31,327 bases of DNA from Clostridia bacterium (GCA_045594525.1 JAZNYR010000132.1:1-31327); one strand, 5' to 3'; shown: positions 1 through 9,300, counted from the stretch's first letter. Notes: generated from the sequence alone by a model not told the origin. A program made the numbers and translations.

Positions 1-30
1 ATGCGGTCTGTGCATTTTGCGACCGACCCT
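1..30 (-). repeat. Terminal part of a MITE-like repeat copy (truncated by window start)
   Basis: Reverse complement agggtcggtcgcaaaatgcacagaccgcat matches the element end at 8648 (agggctgtagcaaaatgcacagaccgtat) and at 2953; it starts 12 nt after the stop codon of the upstream acyl-CoA ligase gene. Confidence 0.7.
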
Positions 31-42
31 TACATTTCACAT

Positions 43-1674
43 TTATTTCAGCTGACTTTCTACCAGGCTTTCGCCACAGTATATTTCCCGAAGCTTGGGT
101 TTTTCAATTTTGCCGGTGGGATTTCTGGGCACCTGAGCAAAAATAATTTTATGAGGCCGTTTATAACGGGGCATTCCTTTGCAGAATTCCTGAATATCTT
201 CCTCGGAACAGGTTTCCCCTTCCTTAATTTCAATAATTGCTGTTGCAATTTCTCCCAGTCTTGCATCAGGAAGACCGATTACGGCAACATCCTTAATGGC
301 ACTGTGAGCACGGAGGAAATCTTCAATCTGTACGGGATAAAGGTTTTCTCCCCCGCTGATGATCACATCCTTTTTCCGGTCAACCAAGTAGATAAAACCG
401 TCCTCATCCTCTTTTGCCATATCTCCTGTATATAACCAACCGTCATGAAGCACTTCTGCGGTGGCTTTGGGGTCATTATAATAACATTTCATGACTCCGG
501 GACCGTACACTGCCAGCTCTCCCACATCCCCTTTGGGAACAGCATTTCCCTTATCATCGATAATCTTTACCTGCCAGCCGTAGCCTGCAATTCCGATTGC
601 GCCAACCTTATGGATGTTTTCCACGCCCAGATGCACGCAGCCGGGTCCGATAGATTCGCTCAAGCCGTAGTTGGTATCGTACTGATGATTGGGGAAAATG
701 GTCTTCCACCGCTTAATTAGGCTGGGGGGAACGGGCTGTGCACCGATGTGCATCAATCTCCAGGAAGACAGGTCGTATTTCGACAGGTCAATTTCTCCCC
801 GGTCAATGGCATCTAAAATATCCTGTGCCCAGGGTACCAAAAGCCATACAATACTACATTTTTCGCTGGCTGCCGTTTCGATAATGGTAGAGGGACGAAC
901 ACCCTTTAACAGCACCGCACGGCTTCCTGAAATCAGGCTGCCGAACCAGTGCATTTTGGCGCCTGTGTGATACAGAGGCGGGATACACAAAAAGACATCC
1001 TCATGGGTTTGTCCGTGATGATTTTGCTCCACTTGACAAGATTGGACCAAGCTTGTATGGTCATGCAAAATTGCTTTGGGAAACCCTGTGGTGCCGGAAG
1101 AAAAATAAATGGCTGCATCATCAGAATCAGTAAGCGTAATTTCCGGCTTCGTGCTGGAAAAATTGGTTGCCAGGTGCAGATAATTTTCCGCAAAACTGGG
1201 GCAATTATCCCCTATGTAAAAAAGCAGCTTCACATCCGGAATTTTATCGCAGATTTCTTCCATACGACCAATAAATTCAGGCCCGAAAAAGAGGGCATCT
1301 ACCTCAGCCAGCTCCAGACAGTATTTGATTTCTTCAGAGGTGTAGCGGTAATTTAGGGGTACCGCCAAAGCACCTGTTTTCAAAATACCGAAATAAACCG
1401 GAAGCCACTCCAAGCAGTTCATCAACAAAATGGCAACCTTATCACCTTTTTTAATACCACGGCTAATCAAGAGATTTGCACAGCGGTTTGCTTTTTCTTC
1501 AAACACACTCCAGGTAATCTCACGGCGGTAAGATTCCCCCTGCTTGGCCTCAATCAGTTCGTATTCCTTCCAGGTAACACGACGAACCTCTTTTACCTCC
1601 GGATTAATTTCCACAAGAGCAGTTTCTGCTCCGTACAACCCGGCATTTCTTTCTAAATATTCTGTAATGGGCAT
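43..1674 (-). CDS. Acyl-CoA synthetase / AMP-binding (ANL superfamily) ligase
   Basis: AMP-binding motif YFSSGTTGFPKA, YGLSE, TGD, DRKKDVIISGGENLYP and C-terminal PRNPTGKI lysine; RBS aagaaggg upstream. Confidence 0.92.
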   Translation of the reverse strand: MPITEYLERNAGLYGAETALVEINPEVKEVRRVTWKEYELIEAKQGESYRREITWSVFEEKANRCANLLISRGIKKGDKVAILLMNCLEWLPVYFGILKTGALAVPLNYRYTSEEIKYCLELAEVDALFFGPEFIGRMEEICDKIPDVKLLFYIGDNCPSFAENYLHLATNFSSTKPEITLTDSDDAAIYFSSGTTGFPKAILHDHTSLVQSCQVEQNHHGQTHEDVFLCIPPLYHTGAKMHWFGSLISGSRAVLLKGVRPSTIIETAASEKCSIVWLLVPWAQDILDAIDRGEIDLSKYDLSSWRLMHIGAQPVPPSLIKRWKTIFPNHQYDTNYGLSESIGPGCVHLGVENIHKVGAIGIAGYGWQVKIIDDKGNAVPKGDVGELAVYGPGVMKCYYNDPKATAEVLHDGWLYTGDMAKEDEDGFIYLVDRKKDVIISGGENLYPVQIEDFLRAHSAIKDVAVIGLPDARLGEIATAIIEIKEGETCSEEDIQEFCKGMPRYKRPHKIIFAQVPRNPTGKIEKPKLREIYCGESLVESQLK

Positions 1675-1692
1675 AGTAAAGTCTTCCCTTCT

Positions 1693-2613
1693 TTATAATT
1701 GAAATAGTAGTATAATCAATGGAATGGTAATAATGGATAGCAAAGTGGAAACAGATACAATTTCAGAAGCATAATCTGCATCCAGATGATACTTTTTTGC
1801 AAACAGAGCAGATACTGCCGCGGAAGGACAGGCGGTAGAAATCATGACTGCTTGTGCTACCGTCTGATCCATAGGCAATAATTTTGCAATCCCTATGGAA
1901 ATCAAGGGAATGAGAACCAGCCGAACTGCACATACAACATACATCCCACCGCTTTTGATCACCCGTTTGATATTCAGATTGGCAAGATAAAACCCCAGCA
2001 CAATCATAGAAAGAGGAGTGTTCAAATTTGCTAAATGTTTAATAGGCTCCAAAACGATAGAGGGCAGTTGAATCTGTGCAAAAAAGAGAATTAAACTGAT
2101 GGTCGTTCCCACAACACCAGGGTTAAAAATTGCTTTCTTCAAAGAAATTTCGTTCTTATCTCCAGCCGTATATACATAAACCCCATGTGTCCAGTAAAGA
2201 ATCGAAAATACTGCCAAGTAAGCAGAGCCATAAAACACACCGTCTGAACCCAACGCTGCGGAAAGAAGCGGAATTGCCATAAAACCGCAGTTAGAATAAA
2301 CGGAGCAGAAAATATTGATCCGATACCGCTTTGAGGGTTCCTTACGGAACAATAAATGAGAAAGCAAAATGGCTACTCCGTTGGTAATCAGGGAAAATAC
2401 CACAGCCACAAGCAACCCTCGTACCAGCTTGACTTCCAATTCTTTTTGATAAGCGTTAATCAGCACGCACGGGGTTACCACTTTTAACAACAGATTGGTA
2501 AACTGATCAATCCCCGTTTGGGTTACCATCTGCTTCTTTTTCATTACTGCACCCACCAGAATCAGCAGAAAAATCACTGCCACCTGTTGAGCCACTATCC
2601 ATGCAAGTTCCAT
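1693..2613 (-). CDS. AEC (auxin efflux carrier / membrane transport protein) family transporter
   Basis: About 10 hydrophobic segments, SNCGFMAIP and ACPSA motifs typical of the AEC/YfdV family; start moved to ATG 2613 because AGGAG lies 8 nt upstream. Confidence 0.88.
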   Translation of the reverse strand: MELAWIVAQQVAVIFLLILVGAVMKKKQMVTQTGIDQFTNLLLKVVTPCVLINAYQKELEVKLVRGLLVAVVFSLITNGVAILLSHLLFRKEPSKRYRINIFCSVYSNCGFMAIPLLSAALGSDGVFYGSAYLAVFSILYWTHGVYVYTAGDKNEISLKKAIFNPGVVGTTISLILFFAQIQLPSIVLEPIKHLANLNTPLSMIVLGFYLANLNIKRVIKSGGMYVVCAVRLVLIPLISIGIAKLLPMDQTVAQAVMISTACPSAAVSALFAKKYHLDADYASEIVSVSTLLSIITIPLIILLFQL

Positions 2614-2645
2614 GAAACCGTCTCCTAATTTCTGCATATAAAATT

Positions 2646-2674
2646 ATTATAACACTTTTTTCCCCTTTTTGCAA
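2646..2674 (-). promoter_or_regulatory. Sigma-A promoter of the AEC transporter / acyl-CoA ligase operon
   Basis: Minus strand TTGCAA-N17-TATAAT with extended -10 (TGtTATAAT). Confidence 0.7.
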
Positions 2675-2788
2675 GAGAAAAGGATTTCTTTTTCAGAAAT
2701 CCTTTCTTATTATAACCTGTTTTTAAAAATTTACCTTGGCTTTCTATTATATTTGTCATAAAATAAAAAGCTACAGTTCCCTTCGTTA

Positions 2789-2952
2789 GGGATGGAGAAA
2801 AATAGTGCAGAATGAACAAACTGAGCAAAAGCAAGGTTTAAGCTTGTTTTTGGGCACCCGAAGTCGTATGTGGATACGACGAGTGGCGATGTTTGTTTAT
2901 AGCATAAAGCAAAATTCTTGCTTTATGCGATCGGTGCATTTTTCTACAACCC
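2789..2952 (-). mobile_element. MITE-like non-autonomous repeat, copy A (164 bp)
   Basis: Imperfect terminal inverted repeats (agggttgtagaaaaat / agggatggagaaaaat, 14 of 16). 2793-2831 is identical over 39 nt to the reverse complement of 8860-8898; 2848-2912 matches the reverse complement of 8779-8843 at 62 of 65 nt. Starts 1 nt after the argB stop. Confidence 0.75.
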
Positions 2953-2953
2953 T

Positions 2954-3829
2954 TTACTTTCTTTTCTTAATCATAGTACCGATTCCCGAATGAGTAAAGA
3001 TTTCAAGCAAAATACAGTGAGGCAGGCGACCGTCGATAATATGGACGCTGTTGACGCCTGAATCAATGGCCTCTAAGCATCCCAAAATCTTGGGAATCAT
3101 CCCGCCTGTAATGACGCCGTCTTCAATCAGCTTTAAAATTTCATCCTGAAAAATTTCGTAAATAATGTTATCGTTTCCATCCTTTACACCGCTCACATCG
3201 GTGAGGGTAATGAGCTTTTCCGCTTTGATGGCACAAGCTACGGCACTGGCAACGGTATCGGCATTAATATTGTAGCTGTTGCCTTCCTCGTCCATACCAA
3301 TGGGTGCCACAACGGGAATAAATTCATCCTGAATCAAATGGTCTAAAATATGAGTATTAATGTGGGTAATTTCACCTACAAAGCCGATGTCTTCCGCTTT
3401 TCCCTCAATTTCGGGAGTGAATTTTTTACAATGAATCAGACCGCCGTCAATCCCGCAAAGACCCAATGCTTTTCCTCCGTTACAGTTGACCAAAGACACG
3501 ATTTCCTTATTGGTTTTTCCCATCAGAACCATCTGCACAACCCGCATGGTTTCTTCATCCGTCACACGAAGGCCGTTTTTAAAGTGACTTTCGATGTTCA
3601 TATCAGAAAGTGCCTTGTTAATATCGGGTCCGCCCCCGTGCACCACAATGGGGTTAATACCGATAAACTTCAACAAAGTGATGTCCTCCATAACAGAAGC
3701 CTTCAAATCCTCGTTAATCATGGCATTTCCGCCATACTTGATAACAAAAGTTTTGTTAGAAAATTTCTGAATATAAGGCAGCGCCTCAATCAAGATATTT
3801 GCTTTTTTAATCAAAGAATTTACATCCAT
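2954..3829 (-). CDS. argB: Acetylglutamate kinase
   Basis: [47 protein letters not shown] motifs. Confidence 0.97.
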   Translation of the reverse strand: MDVNSLIKKANILIEALPYIQKFSNKTFVIKYGGNAMINEDLKASVMEDITLLKFIGINPIVVHGGGPDINKALSDMNIESHFKNGLRVTDEETMRVVQMVLMGKTNKEIVSLVNCNGGKALGLCGIDGGLIHCKKFTPEIEGKAEDIGFVGEITHINTHILDHLIQDEFIPVVAPIGMDEEGNSYNINADTVASAVACAIKAEKLITLTDVSGVKDGNDNIIYEIFQDEILKLIEDGVITGGMIPKILGCLEAIDSGVNSVHIIDGRLPHCILLEIFTHSGIGTMIKKRK

Positions 3830-3841
3830 GGTTTCTTCTCC

Positions 3842-4885
3842 TTACAGATAAAATGCAGGGCAATCCAATGCCGTATTTTCGGGCAGACCAAACAGCAGAT
3901 TCATATTCTGCACTGCCTGACCTGCTGCCCCTTTGAACAGATTGTCAATACAGCTTACCACAATCACCCGTCCCGTTCTGGGGTCAGCAACCAGCCCCAT
4001 ATCTACAAAGTTGGAGCCAGCCACATGATTGGTTTCAGGGAGCTTTCCTTCTTCATAAATTCTGATAAAATATTCATCCTGATAAAATTCCTTGTAAACC
4101 GCCAACAATTCTGCTGTGGACATCGGAGCTTTTAACTTACCGTAAATGGTTGCCAAAATCCCTCTTTTCTGGGGAATCAGGTGGGGGGTAAAAGAAAGGA
4201 CAATGTCCTCTCCTGCCAGCAGGGACAATTCCTGCTCAATTTCAGAGGTGTGCCGATGCTTTGCCACACCATAAGCCTTGGTATTTTCCGTACATTCGCA
4301 GAAATGCTGGTCAATCACCAATTTTCTGCCCGCACCCGACACACCGGACTTTGCATCAATAATCACCGAATCAGGCTCAATCAAACCTTTTGCAAGCAAG
4401 GGTGCTGCTCCTAAAATGGAACAGGTGGTATAACAACCGGGGTTGCCGATTAATCTTGCCTTTTTTATGTCTTCACGGTACAGCTCACACAGACCGTAAA
4501 CCGATTCCTTTAATAAATCCTTTGCACAATGGTCAATGCCGTACCACTGACTGTAAATATCAGGGTCACGGTAACGGAAATCTGCACTTAAATCAATCAC
4601 CTTCAAAGTCGGGCTTTCCATCAGCGCCGCAATGGTTTCGGCAGACGCACCGTGGGGAAGGGCGGTAAACACCACATCACAGTCCCGCTTTAACACTTCC
4701 GTATTCAAATCTTCACAAACCAAATCCTGCACCTTTCGCAAAGAGGGATACAGCTCCGTCAATTTCTGACCGGCATAGCTTTTGGACATAGCATGAACAA
4801 TTTCTGTTTCCGGGTGATAGCTTAAAATTCTCACAAGCTCGGCACCTGCATAACCTGTTGCACCGATAATACCAACTTTGATCAT
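3842..4885 (-). CDS. argC: N-acetyl-gamma-glutamyl-phosphate reductase
   Basis: GIIGATGYAG Rossmann motif, ALPHG, IDLSADFR, GNPGCYTT (catalytic Cys), SGVSGAG, IDNLFKGAAGQAVQN. Confidence 0.97.
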   Translation of the reverse strand: MIKVGIIGATGYAGAELVRILSYHPETEIVHAMSKSYAGQKLTELYPSLRKVQDLVCEDLNTEVLKRDCDVVFTALPHGASAETIAALMESPTLKVIDLSADFRYRDPDIYSQWYGIDHCAKDLLKESVYGLCELYREDIKKARLIGNPGCYTTCSILGAAPLLAKGLIEPDSVIIDAKSGVSGAGRKLVIDQHFCECTENTKAYGVAKHRHTSEIEQELSLLAGEDIVLSFTPHLIPQKRGILATIYGKLKAPMSTAELLAVYKEFYQDEYFIRIYEEGKLPETNHVAGSNFVDMGLVADPRTGRVIVVSCIDNLFKGAAGQAVQNMNLLFGLPENTALDCPAFYL

Positions 4886-4906
4886 AATGACACCTCATTT
4901 ATAGTA

Positions 4907-4944
4907 ATGTTATAATTATACAACAAAACGAATAAAAATTCAAG
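4907..4944 (-). promoter_or_regulatory. argC promoter overlapped by two tandem ARG boxes (ArgR/AhrC operator)
   Basis: Minus strand TTGAAT-N17-TATAAT (4943 to 4915); ARG-box-like cores TGAATTTTTATTCG (4929-4942) and TGTATAATTATAAC (4909-4922), i.e. 18-bp boxes 2 bp apart. Confidence 0.7.
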
Positions 4945-5026
4945 TCTTTTTTTGTCTTCTTTCCTATTTTTAGCATTTTACACAAATGCAACTCATAAAT
5001 TACTATGAAAGGTGGGAGGAAATGTG

Positions 5027-5260
5027 ATGTTAGATGAGTTGAAAATCGGACAAACCGGACGGATTCTTTCGGTAGAGGGAGAAGAACGGCTGAAAAACAG
5101 ACTATATGATTTGGGATTATTGCCCGGCACAGCCGTCACCCTCAAGGGAATTGCTCCTTTGGGCGACCCGTTGGAGCTTTCTTTACGGGGATATTCCCTT
5201 TCTTTGCGGGCATCTCATGCCAAACAAATTTTGATTGAGGAGGATTCTTCTCTATGGTAA
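5027..5260 (+). CDS. feoA: Ferrous iron transport protein A
   Basis: RLYDLGLLPGT, APLGDPLEL, LSLRASHA FeoA signature; start moved to ATG 5027 (GGAGG upstream); overlaps the feoB start. Confidence 0.92.
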   Translation: MLDELKIGQTGRILSVEGEERLKNRLYDLGLLPGTAVTLKGIAPLGDPLELSLRGYSLSLRASHAKQILIEEDSSLW

Positions 5261-7005
5261 TCGCCCTGGCAGGAAACGCAAACTCAGGAAAAACCACCCT
5301 TTTTAATGCGCTGACGGGCGCCTCGGCTCATGTGGGAAATTTCCCCGGTGTCACAGTGGAATACAGACAGGGACAAGTAACATGGAGTCCCTCTCTTACC
5401 CTACTGGATTTACCCGGGGTTTATTCCCTGACGCCTTATTCAGAAGAGGAGGAGGTCACAAAAAAAGCATTGCAAAAGGTGCAAGGCATTATTAATGTGG
5501 CAGATGCTTCCAATTTGCCTCGCAATCTATACCTGACTTTGCAGTTAACAGAGCTTGGGATTCCTACGGTACTGGCTATCAACATGATGGACGAGGCAAC
5601 TCATTTGCAAATTGATTGTTCCAAATTAACAAAGCTTTTAGGAGTGCCGGTCATTGGGATTTCTGCCAGAAAAAAGGAAGGCCTGCGGGAGTTAACTCAA
5701 CTTTTGACACAGCAGATGGAACAAAAAGTTCGCCCTCGTTGTCCCGTTCCCCCGGTGCGAGGAGAGGAGTATGTCATCAGTGCGGACAGGCGGTACCGAT
5801 ATATTGAAACCCTTTGCCGTGAGTGCATCCGTCAGACCAACAAGAAAAGAACAACGGAGAAGTTAGACCGACTCCTTCTTCATTCAAAGTGTTCTTTTCC
5901 CGTTTTGTTCGGCGTACTTTTGCTGTTATTCTTTATTCCCTTTGGACCTTTGGGCACATGGCTTCAAAAAGGAACAGAGGCAATCATCACACAAGTTTCC
6001 CAAATCCCTTTCCCCTTCTTTCCTCCTTGGTTTCAATCCTTTTTGCAGGATGGAATTTTTAGGGGAGTGGGCAGTGTGTTATCCTTTTTTCCTTGTATTT
6101 TACTGTTGTTTTTCTGTCTTTCCTTGTTGGAGGACAGCGGATATTTAGCACGGATTTCCTTTTTAGCAGACCGCCCCCTGCAAACAATCGGTCTTTCGGG
6201 GCGATCGGCAGTCCCTTTTTTGACCGGCTTTGGCTGTACTGTTCCCGCCGTTGCCGCCGCAAAAACCATGCCTTCTCAACGGGATAAATTATTAACGGTG
6301 CTGTGTCTTCCCTTTGCTTCCTGCAGTGCCAAATTGCCCGTTTACACCTTTGTAACAGGGGCGTTGTTTCCCGGATCCGGCTTTCTCATTATTTTTTTGC
6401 TGTACCTGTCAGGCATTTTATGGGGCATCATCAACACTGCTTTTTCCCATAAATTCTTGGTTCGGGGGGAGTCGGAATCCTTTGTGATGGAGCTTCCCCG
6501 CTACCGTTTTCCCAATTGGAAACAAAGCCTTAAATACACCCTGCAACAATCGGGAGAATTTATAAAAAAAGCATTCACTGTTATTTTTCTTGCCAGTGTA
6601 TTGATTTGGGTGTTACAGTATTTTTCTCCTCAAGGAAACACGGCAGAAGAATTTCAACAGAGTATTTTATTCTGTTTGGGAAAAAGAATTGCGCCCCTAT
6701 TCTCCCCCCTGGGCTTTGGAACGCCAGAGGCGGCATCCGCTCTTTTGGCAGGCTTGGGAGCAAAAGAGGCGGTCATCAGTACATTAAGTGTGCTGACAAA
6801 GGATGTAACATCCCTGTTTTCCCCCCTGTCCGCCTTTTCATTTTTGCATTTTGTGCTGCTTTATATGCCCTGTGCGGCCGCATTTGCCGCCGTTCGCCGA
6901 GAATTGGGAACAGTTTCTGCCACCCTTGCCTTTGTTTACCAGACCGCCTTTGCCTGGCTTGTTTCCTTTGGAATTTATCAGTTAGGACTGAAGCTTTTGG
7001 GATAA
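5254..7005 (+). CDS. feoB: Ferrous iron transporter B (compact, 583 aa)
   Basis: G motifs GNANSGKTT, VGNFPGVTVE, DLPG, NMMD; gate motifs GFGCTVPA, CSAKLPVY, FVMELPRY, YMPCAA. Confidence 0.95.
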   Translation: MVIALAGNANSGKTTLFNALTGASAHVGNFPGVTVEYRQGQVTWSPSLTLLDLPGVYSLTPYSEEEEVTKKALQKVQGIINVADASNLPRNLYLTLQLTELGIPTVLAINMMDEATHLQIDCSKLTKLLGVPVIGISARKKEGLRELTQLLTQQMEQKVRPRCPVPPVRGEEYVISADRRYRYIETLCRECIRQTNKKRTTEKLDRLLLHSKCSFPVLFGVLLLLFFIPFGPLGTWLQKGTEAIITQVSQIPFPFFPPWFQSFLQDGIFRGVGSVLSFFPCILLLFFCLSLLEDSGYLARISFLADRPLQTIGLSGRSAVPFLTGFGCTVPAVAAAKTMPSQRDKLLTVLCLPFASCSAKLPVYTFVTGALFPGSGFLIIFLLYLSGILWGIINTAFSHKFLVRGESESFVMELPRYRFPNWKQSLKYTLQQSGEFIKKAFTVIFLASVLIWVLQYFSPQGNTAEEFQQSILFCLGKRIAPLFSPLGFGTPEAASALLAGLGAKEAVISTLSVLTKDVTSLFSPLSAFSFLHFVLLYMPCAAAFAAVRRELGTVSATLAFVYQTAFAWLVSFGIYQLGLKLLG

Positions 7006-7063
7006 AACAGCCTTTTTATATTACAAAATAAAGACAAATCGACTAATTTTTGGATACCAACAT

Positions 7064-7091
7064 TGACAAAAAGGAAAAAATAGGATATAGT
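7064..7091 (+). promoter_or_regulatory. Sigma-A promoter of the LRR protein gene
   Basis: TTGACA-N16-TATAGT. Confidence 0.6.
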
Positions 7092-7128
7092 GAGGAGATG
7101 GAAAGGTTTAAGAAAGGAATGATGAACC

Positions 7129-8649
7129 ATGAAAAAAACCGCACTTGTTCTGACCTTGTGCATCTTACTTTCGCTGTGCTCCATCGTCTTTGCCGAACCT
7201 CAAGGAACCTTTTACAAACAATACGGCATTTGGTTTGATAAAGAAACCGGCACCGTTACCGGTTTTGAAGAAGGAATCACAAGTCTTACGATTCCCTTTA
7301 AAATTGACGGCAAAAAAGTTACAAAGATTGGAGACGGTGCTTTTTCGGAATGTGATACGCTGGAACGACTGGTGCTTCCGGGTTCCGTTACCGAAATCGG
7401 TAATCAGGCATTTGCAGGCTGTACAGCACTCAAGGAGCTGTCCCTTTCGGATAACATTACCCGCATCGGAACCGAAAGCTTTGCCCAATGTACGGCATTG
7501 GAAACCTTTACTCTGCCCGATTCCTTGGAAAACTTCGGAAATTATGCATTAATGGGCTGTAGTAATCTTACAGAAATCAGCTGTTCTGCACGAAATCGAA
7601 ATTTCAGCTGTCAGGAGAGTGTGTTGTTTGATAAAGATCAAACCACTTTGATTCAGTATCCTGCAGGAAATCAGGCTACCGCCTACACAGTACCCGAAAC
7701 CGTAACCTCTATTGGCGGGGGTGCGTTTTCCTTCTGTACCTCTCTGACAGCGATTACTTTACCCGAAACACTCTCCTCCATTGGAGAATATGCCTTTTTT
7801 AACTGCGATAGCCTTGAGGAAATTACCGTTCCCGATTCCGTTATCAAAATCGGAAAAGAGGCGTTTGGCTGGTGTGATTCGTTGCAAAAAGTAAGTCTGC
7901 CCAACGATTTAAAAACCATTGAATACGGCTTGTTCTGGTTTGCAAAAAACTTGAAAGAAATTACGATTCCTGATTCCGTTACAGAAATTAGTGATTATGC
8001 CTTCTCTCGTTGCGAATCCTTGTCCGCGGTCTCCTTCCCTGAAGGCATGACCGCCCTGGGAGAAGAAAGCTTTGCCTATTGTAATCATTTGACAGAAATC
8101 ATTCTTCCCAAAACCCTTGCCACAATCGGTAACAAAGCCTTTTTTGATACAGCTCTTGTCCGTGTGACCGTAAAAAACGGGGAAACAAACTTTGGAGAAG
8201 ATGTTTTTCAAGGTTGCGGACCCTTGCAATTCTTTACACCCGAGCATACGGCGGTGCAGCAATATGTTCTTGATCGCGGAGATGAATGGGAAAAAATCGT
8301 CACCGTTACTTATTTGGGGCATAAAATTCTCTTTGACCAGCCCCCTGTAACCAGATCTGACAGAACACTGGTGCCCCTCCGTGCCATTTTTGAAACCATG
8401 GGGGCAACCGTTTCCTGGGACGAAGCAACCCAGACCGTTACAGCTGTTCGCGGGGACCGTACTCTGACTCTGCAGATTAACAATCAGACCATGACAGTAA
8501 ACGGAGAGACGGTAGTGCTGGATGTTCCTCCCCAACAGATTAACGACAGAACCCTGGTGCCCGTCCGTGCAGTGGCAGACGGACTCAACAGCGATATTTA
8601 CTGGGATGAGGAGACACAAACTGTTTCCATCTGGGAAAAAGAAGGATAG
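7129..8649 (+). CDS. Secreted BspA-type leucine-rich repeat (LRR_5) protein with C-terminal copper-amine-oxidase N-terminal-like (stalk) domain
   Basis: Signal peptide MKKTALVLTLCILLSLCSIVFA; about 11 repeats of the LPxSVTxIGxxAFxxCxxL type; C-terminal DQPPVTRSDRTLVPLRAIFETMGATVSWD...RTLVPVRAVA. Confidence 0.9.
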   Translation: MKKTALVLTLCILLSLCSIVFAEPQGTFYKQYGIWFDKETGTVTGFEEGITSLTIPFKIDGKKVTKIGDGAFSECDTLERLVLPGSVTEIGNQAFAGCTALKELSLSDNITRIGTESFAQCTALETFTLPDSLENFGNYALMGCSNLTEISCSARNRNFSCQESVLFDKDQTTLIQYPAGNQATAYTVPETVTSIGGGAFSFCTSLTAITLPETLSSIGEYAFFNCDSLEEITVPDSVIKIGKEAFGWCDSLQKVSLPNDLKTIEYGLFWFAKNLKEITIPDSVTEISDYAFSRCESLSAVSFPEGMTALGEESFAYCNHLTEIILPKTLATIGNKAFFDTALVRVTVKNGETNFGEDVFQGCGPLQFFTPEHTAVQQYVLDRGDEWEKIVTVTYLGHKILFDQPPVTRSDRTLVPLRAIFETMGATVSWDEATQTVTAVRGDRTLTLQINNQTMTVNGETVVLDVPPQQINDRTLVPVRAVADGLNSDIYWDEETQTVSIWEKEG

Positions 8650-8903
8650 GGCTGTAGCAAAATGCACAGACCGTATAAAGCAGAAAAAGGCATAATAAGA
8701 CTAACAAAAATTTGAATAAATAAACTGAAAAATAAAGTAAAGTAGAAATTTGTTTGCTAACAAATTTCGTTGATTTCCTTGCTTTATACTATAAACAAAC
8801 ATCGCCTCTCGTCGTATCCACATACGACTTCGGGTACCCAAAAGCAAGGCAAAGCTTCTCTTTTGCTCAGTTTGTTCATTCTGCACTATTTTTCTCCACC
8901 CCC
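8649..8903 (+). mobile_element. MITE-like non-autonomous repeat, copy B (255 bp)
   Basis: TA-GGG...CCC-TA ends; the first TA is part of the TAG stop of the LRR gene; homologous to 2789-2952 in inverted orientation with about 90 extra nt inside one hairpin loop. Confidence 0.75.
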
Positions 8904-8912
8904 TAAAAACAA

Positions 8913-8975
8913 GGGCTGTGGCAAAATGCACAGACCGTATAAAGCAGAAAAGGGCATAACAAGACCGAACAAAAA
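8913..8975 (+). repeat. Partial direct repeat of the left end of copy B
   Basis: gggctgtggcaaaatgcacagaccgtataaagcagaaaagggcataacaagaccgaacaaaaa repeats 8649-8710 with few differences. Confidence 0.8.
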
Positions 8976-8982
8976 CGAAATC

Positions 8983-9019
8983 GGCTGTGGCAAAATCATT
9001 TGCCACAGCCTTTCTTTTT
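8983..9019. terminator. Probable bidirectional intrinsic terminator
   Basis: ggctgtggcaaa-atca-tttgccacagcc 12-bp palindrome with T-rich tract after and A-rich tract before, between convergent genes. Confidence 0.75.
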
Positions 9020-9023
9020 ACAG

Positions 9024-9278
9024 TTATTCACACTGATGCTGCCGTCTGCGGCAAGTACAAAAACGCACAATTAATGCAACAACCGCAAGCACGAATAAAA
9101 TCACTGCAAGAATGATAAACGCAATCAAATTTTCGCCAATGGTTGCTACCAGTGTGGTTGCACCGAGAATCAAACCCAGTACAAAAGTAAACAGTACCGC
9201 AAAAATAATAAACGGAATCCATTCACAGCAGGTTCTTCTGTTACAGCATTCATTGTTATTTACATAATAATTTGTCAT
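9024..9278 (-). CDS. Small membrane protein (84 aa, two hydrophobic helices, Cys-rich termini)
   Basis: RBS GAGGTG 7 nt upstream; hydrophobic segments WIPFIIFAVLFTFVLGLILGA and LIAFIILAVILFVLAVVALIV; CC..CC and CTC motifs. Confidence 0.75.
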   Translation of the reverse strand: MTNYYVNNNECCNRRTCCEWIPFIIFAVLFTFVLGLILGATTLVATIGENLIAFIILAVILFVLAVVALIVRFCTCRRRQHQCE

Positions 9279-9300
9279 GATAGTATCACCTCACACTTCC

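Noticed and set aside
2805-2993. Similar short ORFs at 2805-2993 (+) and 8701-9006 (-) containing QNEQTEQK...GTRSRMWIRR
   Set aside because: The similarity comes from the shared DNA repeat; lengths and ends differ, no RBS is evident and there is no transposase motif.
4975-5010. Fur/DtxR-type operator upstream of feoA
   Set aside because: Only a partial resemblance (aatgcaactcat); no convincing palindrome.
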